A stretch of 64,000 nucleotides of DNA, taken from the NCBI GenBank assembly GCA_964016885.1, contig OZ024755.1, positions 28,086,001 to 28,150,000 of the forward strand, in the 5' to 3' direction. Below, piece after piece: positions 41,537 through 54,599 of the stretch. The notes beneath the pieces are model-generated. The model was not told the DNA's origin. It worked only from the letters and a program-made list of their open reading frames with translations, and did no database searches. Every line of letters begins with the position of its first letter. The stretch's first letter is position 1. The translations under genes were made by a program, and so were the position numbers. Source of the stretch: Eledone cirrhosa. Its lineage: Eukaryota.

Positions 41537-42464
41537 TATTGTCAAGGAGATCGGAGAATCGGTAGGCCATTGAATTAAATACAATACTGTACTTGATTAC
41601 GGCATTTTCCGTTCGGTTTTAAAATTTCATTTCCGTTCGTTCTCCTTTTCAATTTACTGAAATTTATTATGTAACAGCAGTCTAGAACATAACACTTAAT
41701 AATGTTTTACCATCTCGCCTGTATTCATTGACAGAAACAATTAAACGAAGAAAATATATATTTCAAAAAGGAAATGTAGCATTTTCTTATATATTTATGA
41801 TATTAAGTGGTAAAATGAAAATTTCGTATTTACTCTTGTAATTATTTGTTCATGTCACGTTTCATTATTCGTTGATAATTAAACAAAATCCGATTTCTCT
41901 CATTCAAATCAATTCTTTTCACATCATATAACATAACCTTGCAGGGAAATCTTTATTTTAATTTCGATTTGATCTTCTAGTTTGTATTATATACTTGTAT
42001 TACTACATGTATTTTCCTTGTGCAGTTTCTCCCTTAGATGTTGGTTCTTTGTTTAGATCAGAGATGTTTGTAATTGAATATAAATGATTGTATTACAATA
42101 CTCAAGAGACAAGTGGAGATGTGATACAGGCAGAGTTATATAATCGATTTCAGTTACGCATCGTAGGAACTACAATTCACCGTGTGTATATTATATAGGA
42201 AATATCTTGTTTTATCTTACAGATGTAAGAATTGAGCTTCAATCAATTATGCCACCATATCTAAAATCATTATAATATGATTACATTACACGTAGAGAAC
42301 TCGGATCCATATAATTTCAAAGCATTAAAACAATACCTTTTATCATAGAAATATATAAAAATGAGAATTAGGAGGATTCAAGATTTTTTAACGGTAAAAA
42401 CATTTCAATTATTAACACTGTCTATTTCCACCAGTCTCTTGGATACATAGTTATATTTTCATAA

Positions 42465-42891
42465 TAATTGTTTCTACTTTTGGCACAAGTCCAGCAATTA
42501 CCCAGTACATTACTGGTACTTTATTTTATCGACCCCGTAAGGATGAAAGGCAAAGTTAACCTCGGTGGGATTTAACCATCATAATATTTGTTTCTACTGT
42601 TGGCACAAGTCCAGCAATTACCCAGTACATTACTGGTACTTTATTTTATCGACCCCGTAAGGATGAAAGGCAAAGTTAACCTCGGTGGGATTTGACCATC
42701 ATAATAATTGTTTCTACTGTTGGCATAAGTCCAGCAATTACCCAGTACATTACTGGTACTTTATTGTATCGACCCCGTAAGGATGAACGGCAAAGTTAAC
42801 CTCGACGGGATTTGAACCCTGATCATAAAGGACCGTAACTCTATGCTGCAAAGTATGGTGTCCGACTCTCTATCGATACTGCCAATCCACC
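42465..42891 (-). mobile_element. SINE with its 3' 120 bp tandemly triplicated
   Basis: 120-bp period; all three units share the variant AAGTCCAGC. Confidence 0.92.
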
Positions 42892-43064
42892 GTAAAGCGA
42901 CATAACTATGCTGATATAAGACCTGCGACTTCATTTGCATCCAATAATGTAGACCCCTTCTTTTTTTGGGGTAAATGCATTCGATGTTCAGAGAGTGGGA
43001 TTGGCTCCGTGCAAAGCCTTTCTTCACTTAAAAAAGCTTTAAGCACAGGCATTGCTCGTAATGG

Positions 43065-43195
43065 GAGGATCCGCTAAGGTGAAACAATTGTTCTCGGTAT
43101 GGTGAACTAACTGTTGTGTAACCACTTCTCCCTAACTCGTCCCATGGACTGAGTGCTCTACCACTACGGGTATTACCTTCCAGTGTTCTACCACT
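43065..43195 (+). mobile_element. Copy of the 12072-12278 Penelope-like fragment
   Basis: GAGGATCCGCTAAGGTGAAACAATTGTTCTCGGTATGG... is the reverse complement of 12150-12272. Confidence 0.75.
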
Positions 43196-43216
43196 ATATA
43201 TATATATATATATATA

Positions 43217-43416
43217 TAGGAACGAGTAGGACCCCGACGACTGAGCTCAAGCCGTTTCGACGGCTAATTCTGGACTCAGTCCAGAATTAGCCGTCGAAAC
43301 GGCTTGAGTTCAGCCGTCGGGGTCCTACTCGTTCCTATTACCCACTCTACTACCCTAAGTATTGAGTACTTTGGTGCGTTATGGTCCACCTGGTTCCTTA
43401 CCACATTGCTTTCGTT
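43217..43416 (-). mobile_element. Penelope-like palindrome (60-bp arms) plus tail in (TA)n
   Basis: Palindrome 43217-43337 centred on 43277; half-hammerhead GAAACGGC-TTGAGYTCA-GCCGTC; same family as 53378-53570. Confidence 0.75.
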
Positions 43417-44180
43417 ATATATATATATATATATATATATATGGTGACTTTACCTTCAATATATAAATAATCACACGAATTGTGAGTAAGGTGTATGTTA
43501 TGAAGTACTAGAAACGTCGTTAATCAATCAAGTCTATGGAGTAATCACCAGATGAAAACCTACGCACAAACGAATATTATTATAATCACGTATGACACGG
43601 ATTCACAGGAATTTTGACAGTTTGATCAGCAAAACCGTATAAAAACGATTTTGTTTTTGTTAGCAATCAATATATATTGCAGTGAGACCAGTGACACAGA
43701 AATTGTACTTTCAACGAACAATGGAATACGATACGTTTGACTGGATGCTATTAGTAACATCATAAAAACGATATAGACTGATTAATTTTTCATTTATTGT
43801 CCATTATGAAAATACGAAATGCCACTGAGTTATTGTAAAACGTTACAAAAGCCTTGATATAACACAGTTTTATGATAAGAGATCTATAATTGAGATCAGC
43901 TGATAAACAGCAAGAAACATATATAGATGTAAATGGACGTATTTTACTGTAAATTTATTTAGAATTGTTGAATTGATATTCACATCTACAGTAGACGTAT
44001 GAACACATATATTAACGTATGAGATGTGTAACACACGCACATATATACCTTCACACGGATGCAGACACCCCCCCACACACATATATATATATATATATAT
44101 AGAGAGAGATATCGGTGCCCCAGCATGGCCTCAGCCGGATGGCTGGAACAGGTAAAAGAGTATATATATATGTGTGTGTA

Positions 44181-44504
44181 CGTTGTACCCTCGTGATTCG
44201 TGGTTTCGGTTAGTCGCGGACTTTTCTTAGCTAACTAATAATTATTCGTGGAAACCTCCGCATATTCGCGGGATTGTAAATGTCTTCCGCGATTTTTCTT
44301 AATGGCTCATTTCGTGGCAATATATATATTTTACACGCTTTTAAACACTAAATTATTCATAACAACATTCCGTATTTGTCGACCTATATTTTACGTTGTT
44401 TTGACATTTATCGTCATTTTCATAAACCACGTCAAATATTCGCGGGTTTTCACTCTTCGCGGGAGCTCTAGGGAAGCAACGTCCGCGAATACCGGGGAAA
44501 ACTG
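44181..44504. mobile_element. Degenerate Tigger-like MITE
   Basis: Imperfect TIRs CGTTGTACCCTCGTGATTCGTGG / CCGCGAATACCGGGGAAAACTG with TA flanks. Confidence 0.55.
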
Positions 44505-44803
44505 TATATGTATATAAATAAACATATGGGTATGCATATGGATTTTTAGGTGCATGTGTTTGTATGTGTATATCTCTCTCTCATAAAATCAACCCATGTA
44601 TATCAATTTATCCTGGTTTTATTACAATAAATAAAATACTTAATTCATATTTTGTGAATAATTTTACTAGAAAATGAGACAATGTATATATTATGTTATG
44701 GGATATTTCGGATAGAAGACAATTTTTAACAATTGTTCTTAAAAAATAAATGCATCTTCAATGACACAGTACACTAAATTATAAATGTAACATATCACGG
44801 TTA

Positions 44804-44985
44804 TTTGGCAGTATCGGTAGAGGGTCGGACGCCATGCTTTCCAGCATAGTTACGTCCCTTTACGGTCTGAGTTCAAATCTCGCCGAGGTTAACTTTGCCT
44901 TTCATCCTTACGGGGGTCGATAAAATAAAGTACCAGTAATGTACTGGGTAATTGATGGCCTTGTGCCAATAGTGGAAACAATTAT
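44804..44985 (+). mobile_element. SINE, main family
   Basis: Consensus match. Confidence 0.93.
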
Positions 44986-45166
44986 ATGCACAGGTTTATC
45001 ACGAAGTCTTGGTCTCACATTACTGTATTTTTTTATGTGAAACAACTGTTACACGTCTGGTCGTATAGAATTGAATTTGTAATTCTAATCTAACTTAAAA
45101 AAAAAAAAAAACCTTCTTTGGAAGAAAGAATTTGAAGTTTAGTTGAGTCATTGTATATGGTATAAA

Positions 45167-45526
45167 GAAATTGGAAGTTTGAAAACCACGATGAAGCAGG
45201 TTTGGATGGAGAATAATTAAATCTTAAGAAACAGGGCTTGTTTTTTTTACCTTAATTTATTCATATGTCCCCATATTTCGAGATTAATATCTCTTCTTCT
45301 GAGGAAAATAAAGAAACTATTACAGTGTCAGGTGTGGCTTGCTGTATGGTATAGCAAGCCATATCGGACACTGGAATAATTCTTTTATTTTCCTGGGAAG
45401 AAGAGATATTAATCTTGAAATATCAGGACATGAATAAATTAAGGTAAAAAAAAGCAAGCCCTGTATTTTACGATTTAATTATTCTCCGTTCAGACCTGCA
45501 TTGTGGCTTTCAAAACTCGAATTTCA
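45167..45526. mobile_element. Foldback/MITE-like imperfect palindrome (about 360 bp)
   Basis: Arms pair throughout, centred near 45346 (GGCTTGCTGTA TGG TATAGCAAGCC). Confidence 0.75.
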
Positions 45527-46060
45527 TTGTTTGGAAGCTTTGATATCCCATAGTGGAAGTTTTCTCAAATTGCAGTCCTGTCTCACCGCTTTAATCAGTT
45601 ACAATTCTTCAGTACACTTGTATGAATGTAAAAATGCCTTCCACCATAACGAAAGGAGAAAGCGTTACGGGAATCAGAGTGTAAACTAATATATTGCTCT
45701 GGTGTTCCAAAGCGTTTCACTATTTTTAGATACTTAACAAATAGAGATAGTTTCATGAGAATGATAACCTAATTAGTGATGCAGTGCACGTAATAAGATA
45801 TGGAACATCGATTACTAAACATCCGTATCGATATGTTTTCTATTGGTTAGATTTTGTGTAGATATGCGCTCCAATGTCGTATAATTTCTTTCATATGTGA
45901 ATTAATCTATATGACATTTATATAGTATACATTGCACTTTAGGTTGTTTGTTAAAAACTTTTGGTGAGGTAAATTGATAGATAAAAAACGTTAGGAAAGC
46001 TAGTCTTGTTTACCCATTTTCATCGTTACTCTATCTGTCTGTCTATCTATATCACATTCA

Positions 46061-46451
46061 ATATCATTTCGGAAGAAGGATCAGGATGGAGAGAGAGGTG
46101 CTGCACCCCAGCCGTTTCTATGAAAGATGGGTGAAAGTGGCGAGAATGGCCCGTGTGAATGGGCCTTCACTCTACATCAGACTATAGGTGAGGAAGATGA
46201 AAGACCAAGGGAGCACCCCTTCTCTGTGCTCCTGAGGAGAAGGGTTGCACACTTTTTCGGGGGTGTGTGCGACCCCCCCAAGGCGCCTCCTCTCTATTGA
46301 GGACTTTGTTATAAATTTTATTTTTTGTTATATTTTATTTTATTTTTATATATTGTTATTGCCTCCTCCTTATTGAGGACGCCTTGTTTTGTAAACTCCC
46401 CCCATTGTACTTGTCCCACTTTTGATGCCATGGTGGCAAATAAAAGAAACA
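46061..46451 (+). mobile_element. 5'-truncated L1/Tx1-like LINE
   Basis: RRIRMEREVLHPSRFYERWVKVARMARVNGPSLYIRL*, then a 3' UTR with AATAAAAGAAAC; 17-bp TSD TATCTATATCACATTCA (46044-46060 / 46452-46468). Confidence 0.7.
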
Positions 46452-46800
46452 TATCTATATCACATTCACAAGGATATGGCCCAAACGTGGAATAGCCGAA
46501 CTCCCACTGTCATCGCTTCCATTCCCCCGGCCTCCCAATCTCTCTGTATGATGAGCAAATGGGGTCCCACGTGCTGGCCTCCTCACAGCCCAGGCGGACA
46601 GAATGGAGAAAGTGTTTCCCCGGAGAATGGTAAGAGAGATGCGCTGGAAGAGCCATTCCAATTCGCGAGGCTGACATCTGCGGCTGGCCAGCTCAGCGCC
46701 TATGGTGGTGAGTAGGGAAGTAGCCCTAGGGCCAAGGACATCAGAAGTCTCCACTGCGAAGGGCACGACCGTGAACCTGTCGAAGAACGACCGGAATAGA
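46452..46800 (-). mobile_element. CRE-clade LINE 3' fragment
   Basis: PFAVETSDVLGPRATSLLTTIG...LEWLFQRISLTILRGNTFSIL. Confidence 0.8.
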
Positions 46801-47114
46801 TGGAAAGGCTAAAATCTTGAACAAAACATCTTCCGATGTTTAGTAAGGCTTCTTACCTTCATGTTTACAAATCTAAACGTGGTTAACGTTTCGTTTCATT
46901 ATTCCGGCATTGGTGAAATTCCGTACAATTCAAATAGTTATAGGAATAGCTTTAATCACATTTCCCCTTCACTTAAATATTTGGCCCTGAAACAATATTC
47001 AAAATCAATATTTTTTTCTCACTATATTTTTGTTTAAAATGTATTTTCCTTCCTGTTAAGGTTTTCCAACTATTATTTCAGTTATATGTTATAGGAGGCG
47101 TGACAGATGCAGTC

Positions 47115-47562
47115 TAAATATATACTAGAACAGACTCTTCCAAGTAACAATTCAACCAATCTTGCTATATGGAAGCGAAACATGGACGCTTTCATCCAAA
47201 TAAAAACTCCTTGATGGCACTTACACTCGCCTACTTCAACACATTCAGAACATAAACTGGTGACATCTGACTTTGAGAGATATATGCCGGCCTCCCAGGT
47301 ATATCTGTCGTTGTACGTAAAAGGAGAGTAAGATTTGTTGGCCACTGCCATCGTGTCAACTATGAGGTTGTGTTCCGATTAGGGATTTGGAAACCACAAA
47401 CAGTCACTAATAACAGGGGGCGCAAGCTCTCCTATCACGATGTCGTCTTCAGAGATTCTGGTATTTAAATCCAGGATTTGGCAGCAACAATGAACAACAG
47501 AACCACGTGGAGATCAATTGTTGAGTCGATTTCGGCTGAGGCCGCCGGATGATGATAATGAT
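47115..47562 (+). mobile_element. RTE-clade LINE 3' fragment
   Basis: LFQVTIQPILLYGSETWT...LDGTYTRLL...RRVRFVGHCHR...MNNRTTWRSIV; (TGA)n tail. Confidence 0.85.
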
Positions 47563-48796
47563 ATACTAGTTTTATGAAGGCTATCACTGTAAAATGAAAT
47601 GATAAAACTGAACGATACATAGAAACCTTTATGTAATTTCAATTCTTGATTGAAACAGTTTCATTTAATTTATGTTAATCAATTTGGTGTGGAGCCATAT
47701 ATGTTACAATTTCCGTTTCCTACCTACCTCCTTTTGGACTACGCTTTGTAAATAAAACATTAAACATCTATATATGAGATATTCTACTACTGCAATTGTA
47801 GATGTTATAGTACCAGCTATAAATATGTCCTTAATATTATATTCTTCAGAAAGCAACAGAATTTTATCAGTCTAATCTGATTTTAAATCCAATAGGATAT
47901 TCAAAGTGGACGATGGCATGATTCGCATGGATACGGTGGATCAAATTATATACATAGTGAAATGGAATGTTGGTAGATCGTTCTCAATGTGAGTGTGCAT
48001 TCATAAAATGAAGAATTAAAGCACTAGAATGTTGACCTTGTCTCTTTACGATACAAAGTTTAGAACCCTATTGATCTAAGGCCAAAGTAATACTCATGTA
48101 CCTATCTCAAAATTTGCCATGTGACAATGTTGTACTTATAAAGAGGAAATACAGTTGTGTTTCCCTTCAGTTTCATTAAGTTGCTCCTCTGATTGCTATA
48201 TCGAGAAAGATATATTAGATAAAATAATAAGAGGGATTCAAGTTGATTTTTATATTTATGATAACATATTGAATTTATGATATAAAAGAGAGCAAATGTG
48301 AATAATATATGACAAGAGATTATATTAAAATTCTTTCTCTGGTGAGATATGTTCTTGTTCAAATTGATTTTCATTCAACCGAGATAGATGTCAAAAATTC
48401 ACAATAATATTGATTTCTCCAGTATATACTGATAGCAAAATAACAGATGTACTCGGGTGACAGGCAATTAAACGGGATGTCTTTACTGTTTTGCATCGAT
48501 GGCTACGACAATTAAATAGATCAGTTAAATGATCTGTAATTAAGAACTGCCTGTTAGGAACAAGTCACTGATGATTTAATAAATTATGTGTTAGAAGGAA
48601 TATGACTCAGTAAACAAGATATGTTCAGTGCTAGAAGCGAAAATCAATTATCCTTTTCAATATGAAAATTACCTTTCATCCGTTTATTGCTACGTACATA
48701 CCAATCAGTGAAGATCAGTGTAATTCGACAAATGTTATGTAGCCGGATATACTTTCATTTTTAAGGGATTAATGATATTCACCATTATATGTTATG

Positions 48797-48915
48797 TTTG
48801 AGTTCAAATCCCGCCGAGGTTAACTTTGCCTTTCATCCTTACGGGGTCGATAAAATAAAGTACCAGTAATACACTGGGATAATTGCTGGCCTTGTGCCAA
48901 AAGTAGAAACAATTA
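48797..48915 (+). mobile_element. SINE, 5'-truncated
   Basis: TSD ATTATATGTTATGTT. Confidence 0.9.
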
Positions 48916-48994
48916 TATGTTATGTTGTGTGTCACTCAGTAAACTAATTTGTACATCTCATAATTTTGAGAATTGTTAATTATCCTATATATAA

Positions 48995-49184
48995 GGGCGG
49001 TGGATCGGCAGTATCGGTAGAGAGTCGGACACCATGCTTTGAAGCATAGAGTTACGTCCCTTTATGATCTGAGTTCAAATCCCACCGAGGTTAACTTTGC
49101 CTTTCATCCTTACGGGGTCGATAAAATAAAGTACCAGTAATGTACTGGGTAATTGCTGGCCTTGTGCTTAAAGTAGAAACAATT
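48995..49184 (+). mobile_element. SINE, full length
   Basis: Starts GGGCGGTGGATCGGCAG; TSD TTAATTATCCTATAT. Confidence 0.95.
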
Positions 49185-49239
49185 AATTATCCTATATTGT
49201 TAATACAACGTTATTGATGAATTAATCTTTGTTATAAAC

Positions 49240-49424
49240 TAATTGTTTCTAATTTTGGCACAAGGCCAGCAATTACCCAGTGCATTACTGGTACTTTATT
49301 TTATCGACCCCGTAAGGATGAAAGGCATCAAATCTCAGCGGGATTTGAACTCAGAATGGCAAAGGCCGTAATTTTATGCGTCAAAACATGGCGTCCGACC
49401 CTCTACCGATACTGCCAATCCACC
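49240..49424 (-). mobile_element. SINE, full length
   Basis: Consensus match; tail to tail with the previous copy. Confidence 0.93.
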
Positions 49425-49454
49425 TTCCCTTTATATCTATGATATAAAATAATA

Positions 49455-49630
49455 GTTTCCAGTGTGTCCATGTAAGGTCTCCAACAGTACTACTGAGTGC
49501 AGTGTCAATTCTGAATATCGGCGAGCATGTCCAGCTAACCTCAGTCTCCTCTGTCACTTTCGAGCTGACGATTTGGTTGCTCCTGTACAGCTTTGAGTTC
49601 TTTATCTTCAGTGTAGATGAATTAATAAAA
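49455..49630 (-). mobile_element. Old RTE LINE fragment
   Basis: Minus QRRLRLAGHARRYSELTLHSVVLLETLHGH. Confidence 0.6.
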
Positions 49631-51537
49631 CATAGAAACTACCTCGAAAGGCAGAACTGGCGGCAGTCCCTTTGTCATATAATACGTGTTACATACGTCA
49701 AGCACGTGAATGGTACTGTCCTTTAAGCCTGTCTATGAGGCTTCTCTCGTCTAGTTTTATTGGAGTTTATGAAATTTTCTATACCTATTTCTTCATCGTC
49801 GTTAATCATTTGAAATGAGTTCTCTTACCCACCTTACGATCAATAATATATCCAACTCGTTATTGTGGAACTTCATAGGAATTCTATCATCTCATATGCA
49901 GTGAATCGAGTTGCAAATAATGTTTGATGTTTACATTCTTATCACGTTTTTTATTTATTTACGCTAACTATCCGTGGTAGTTGTGGCTGCATTCATCAAC
50001 CCTGACATAAATAATACCTTTCCGCGTGTTATTTTACACGCCTCAATCAATGCTATCAACAACTTTCGTTTATTGAAATGCAGCCACACATCATAATACA
50101 AAAGAGCACACATTACATCATATAAAAAGTTTCGTCCAATTCCGTGGCTTTCACACAGCCACGGAATTGGACGCAGCAGGTCTTTGAAAAGTAATGAAGT
50201 ATGACCAAGAGGTGTATTCCTTGTTTTGTGTGAAGGAAATATATTGTTATTTGTTATCCCATTAATATAATTGTAAGTGTGAGTTTTAATGTGATAATGC
50301 CACTCTTATAAGAAAACTGAGAGTCAATTATCTTAATATATCCTATATGATACACGCAGTAAAACATTCATCTAAAAGTAAATGTATTCTTGAAAACTAT
50401 ACATTTTTTTAGCGATGTTTGACTTAGAATGCACCAAAAACTCTGGACTTAATGTAATCAGATGTTTTTGCTCATACATACATACTTCCATAGATATATA
50501 CATACATAGATTTGAAACGGAGTCTCACCAATACAAAAATGACCATATTATTATGTAATAGTGGACAGAATCCCGTAAATTATACCTGGTGACAGAAGAA
50601 TGTGGTCAGAAGCCCCTACGAAGAACTGAAGGAGAGCATTAGCATTTACCACAAACAGCCAATGGTATTAGGAAAATAAGAAAATTCGATAGAATCACAA
50701 AATTAGTTGACAGTTATAAGCAATCCTTGAGAAAATTGAAAATAATCCCCGAGAGGGTCGACATGGCATGGATGGGATTCCATGGACAGGATTCCATGGA
50801 CGGGATTCCATTCCTTGCAGACGCATTTGTCTACTGTTTCCAGTCTCCTGTTCTATTTTACAAGGTTTTCTCAGCTACTATTTGTAGTGATCAACTATCA
50901 CTATCTAAATTTCAACGTTGCAACGACTTCGCCTAAAATTTAAAATTCTTCCAATGCATCTGAAGGAAGGTAACGGTATCTACATGGTTACATTCTAATA
51001 AAAATAGGGACTCAGTGCGCAACTGCTCTTTAACGAAGTGCTTAGTGCTCCTGCACAGCAACCGAGATATATGCCTGCCCTAAATATAAAGCACATTCTG
51101 TCGCACTCTGAAGCTCAGTTATAGATACTGCTACGTACATGTACTACTGTCTCGTGTTTCCCCTATCAATCGGTACGTTTTTTTTCTTCTATCTTTTCTT
51201 CTTTTTATACTCTGTTTCTCTCCGTCATCGTCTCTGTTTTTTTTTTGTTCTTGTTTCCATGAAATCCCATGAAGTCCCATGAAGTCCCATGTCACTAAAA
51301 ACCCAAGTTTACAACTATACACGTTTATGAACAGCACTGCATCGTATATTTGCTGGCTTAACGGACATTTCCATTTGTTTGAGGCTAACGCCCGTCCAGG
51401 AAGCACTTTCGAACCGAATTACGTAATGTCTGCTGACATTACATAATTTCAGCGTCAGCTGAAATCTGCATTATCTACAAATCCACATTATTCCATAGGG
51501 ATAGTACCATTTGGTATGTAATAATAAAATATACATA

Positions 51538-52056
51538 TCTATATACAACTAAACTTCTGAGATTGCTTGTTTGCTTGCTTGGCTTTAATGTAATACAGCC
51601 AAAAGGGCATAATGGGAAAATACTTTAAAAAGAAGTAGCACCTGAAATGTGAAAACAAATGGAATAAAACAAGTTTCGCGTAAATCGGAGCACGGCTTCC
51701 GGAGATATGGAGTTTTTCCGGCTGCCTTCATAAACAAAGAGAGAGAAACATAGAGAAAAAGACATAGTGGTTGTGAGAGAGTAGATTGAAAGAGAGACAT
51801 AGAGAGAGGGAGAATGAGACGGAGAAGGAGAATGGAAGAGAGCTGGTCATGCTGTTGTGTATACATATATATGCACACGAACATTTATATACATACATAC
51901 ACACACATATATATATATATGGGCCTTCCTGTTTCATTTCACATTATATACATGTCTGAGTATATTTTAATAATTTAAAAATTATTTTTAAGTGAACATG
52001 ATTTTTAAAAATATATTTTGAAGTGAACGTGACCCAACGGGTCACGGGTGGTCTCG
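51538..52056 (+). mobile_element. Probable non-autonomous Helitron
   Basis: A|TCTATATAC start, hairpin CGTGACCC-AAC-GGGTCACG (52028-52046), end CTCG|T (CTAG variant). Confidence 0.6.
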
Positions 52057-52515
52057 TACATAATAAAGCCAATAAAAGAAACATATAGATGAAAAGAATT
52101 GTGTTACACTGAAAACAGTCTGTTTCGAAAAAAATATTTATTCAGTTGATAACAACAACAACAAGAAGAAAAACAAAGAAAAGAGATCTTTAATTGAAAA
52201 AAAATAATACGACGCACGCGCATACATATATTTCTCAGATTTTCATAAAAATCTTACAAGTATTTCTTAAGTTGTTGAAATGGACAATATAATAATGAAA
52301 TTAATTTATTTTATTTTCATAAGGTTCAGAAATTACACTTGCGGTAACATATATCTACCTAAGAAATACATTTCTCTTCGTTTGCATGAAAATTTCAAGG
52401 GAATATGTCAGTAAATATATTAAAATTTCTCTTTTTTTCAAAAAATCAATGAAGTGTATTGCAGCTAGTGTAGATGTATATAAGTTTGTATATTAAGATC
52501 AAGTTTTGAGCGCGC

Positions 52516-52635
<120 letters not shown>

Positions 52636-52660
52636 GTGTACGCGTGTGTAGGTATGTCTG

Positions 52661-52719
<59 letters not shown>

Positions 52720-52736
52720 ACGCGTGTGTAGGTATG

Positions 52737-52789
<53 letters not shown>

Positions 52790-52806
52790 ACGCGTGTGTA
52801 GGTATG

Positions 52807-52839
<33 letters not shown>

Positions 52840-52841
<2 letters not shown>

Positions 52842-52985
52842 CAAAGAGGGTGTGGTAAGATACCAGGTGGACCATAACGCACCAGAGTACTCAATATTTG
52901 GGGTAGTAGAGTGGGAAATATGAAAAGATTCAGGACCCCGACGGCTGAGCTCCGGCCGTTGGGGCCCTGAATCTTTTCATATTGT
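52840..52985. mobile_element. Penelope-like element (53378 family) with a shorter palindrome
   Basis: Same tail; palindrome TATGAAAAGATTCAGG...CCTGAATCTTTTCATA centred on GAGCTC. Confidence 0.7.
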
Positions 52986-53031
52986 ATTATATATATATAT
53001 TTATGTGTGTGTGTGTGGCGATGTGTACGGA

Positions 53032-53085
<54 letters not shown>

Positions 53086-53284
53086 ATCACGTAGTTTTTG
53101 TTGAAAATACATGTATCAAGAATTTGTTTAACAAGGAAAGCCAAAATATACGCAACATATAGTCTCATTCTATGCATTCTTGATTTTTACATTTATTTTC
53201 ACCAGATTGAATGTTAAATAATTTCGTGTTCATGGGAATCGAGAAGTAAATATGCATATAGATATATATTTCAGTTCGTATTTA

Positions 53285-53377
<93 letters not shown>

Positions 53378-53379
<2 letters not shown>

Positions 53380-53570
53380 CGAAGGAAATGTGGTAAGGAA
53401 CCAGGTGGACCATAACGCACCAAAGTACTCAATACTTAGGGTAGTAGAGTGGGTAAAAGTAACGAGTAGGACCCCGACGGCTGAGCTCAAGCCGTTTCGA
53501 CGCCTAATTCAGTCCAGAATTAGCCGTCGAAATGGCCTGAGCTCAGCTGTCGGGATCCTACTCGTTCCTA
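53378..53570 (+). mobile_element. Penelope-like tail plus palindrome in (TA)n
   Basis: Tail 53378-53460, inverted arms 53461-53566; 4 copies in the window. Confidence 0.75.
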
Positions 53571-53624
53571 TATATACACATACATATATATTGAATAATA
53601 CATTCATGCATATACATACGTGTG

Positions 53625-53681
<57 letters not shown>

Positions 53682-53711
53682 AATTAAGTTAAAATAACGT
53701 TTCGTTATTTG

Positions 53712-53753
<42 letters not shown>

Positions 53754-54018
53754 TATATACATACATACATATATATTGAATAATACATTCATGCATATAC
53801 ATACGTGTATATGCATATATATACATATATGTTTGTATGTGTGTCTGTATGCATATATATATATACACATATTTATATTGAATAATACATTCATGCATAT
53901 ACACATATATATATATATATATATATATTATTGTGTGTGTGTGTTTGTGTATGAATGTATGTGAATGTTTTTATGCTTATGTGCGTGAGGGCTTGAGAGC
54001 GCGCATGTGTTAATGTGA

Positions 54019-54092
<74 letters not shown>

Positions 54093-54492
54093 TATGCATG
54101 CATGTATGATTTTTCGTATATATGTAAATAATTTCTGAGTACGGTTTTGCAAGTAAGGCTGTGTATTGAGTGTCTGAATACACATAGAAATACATAAAAA
54201 AAATGCAACTCTTATAAATCTGTCTTGCCCGTTGTTATGAGTATAAATTATCATGCGTCGTGGCTCTGAAATGTTCTTCATTTTCTTCTTTCCGAATTGG
54301 TTTAAATTCACCGTTTTTCTGGTGTTATCTCACATAGAATGAATGGACAATTATATTTGAGGGTAAAATATGTAATGTATCCGTTTGTATCCGCCGTCGA
54401 TTTCAACGATATTTGTGTCATTAGGCCTTACAAAGGCATTCCTATGAATAAAATCTTAGTGAAATTGACTGTTGTTGGGCAGACAATTCTAC

Positions 54493-54553
54493 AATAAAGT
54501 ACCAGTAATGTACTGGGTAATTTCTGGCCTTGTGCCTAAAGTAGAAACAATTA
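54493..54553 (+). mobile_element. SINE 3' tail
   Basis: AATAAAGTACCAGTAATGTACTGGG...GTAGAAACAATT. Confidence 0.8.
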
Positions 54554-54599
54554 ATTACTAAGAATTAGTGTGAGAGAATGTGTAACAAAACTGGTCTTT

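Noticed and set aside
48995-49090. tRNA gene call for SINE heads
   Set aside because: A and B boxes are present but there is no cloverleaf, and they are always fused to the SINE body.
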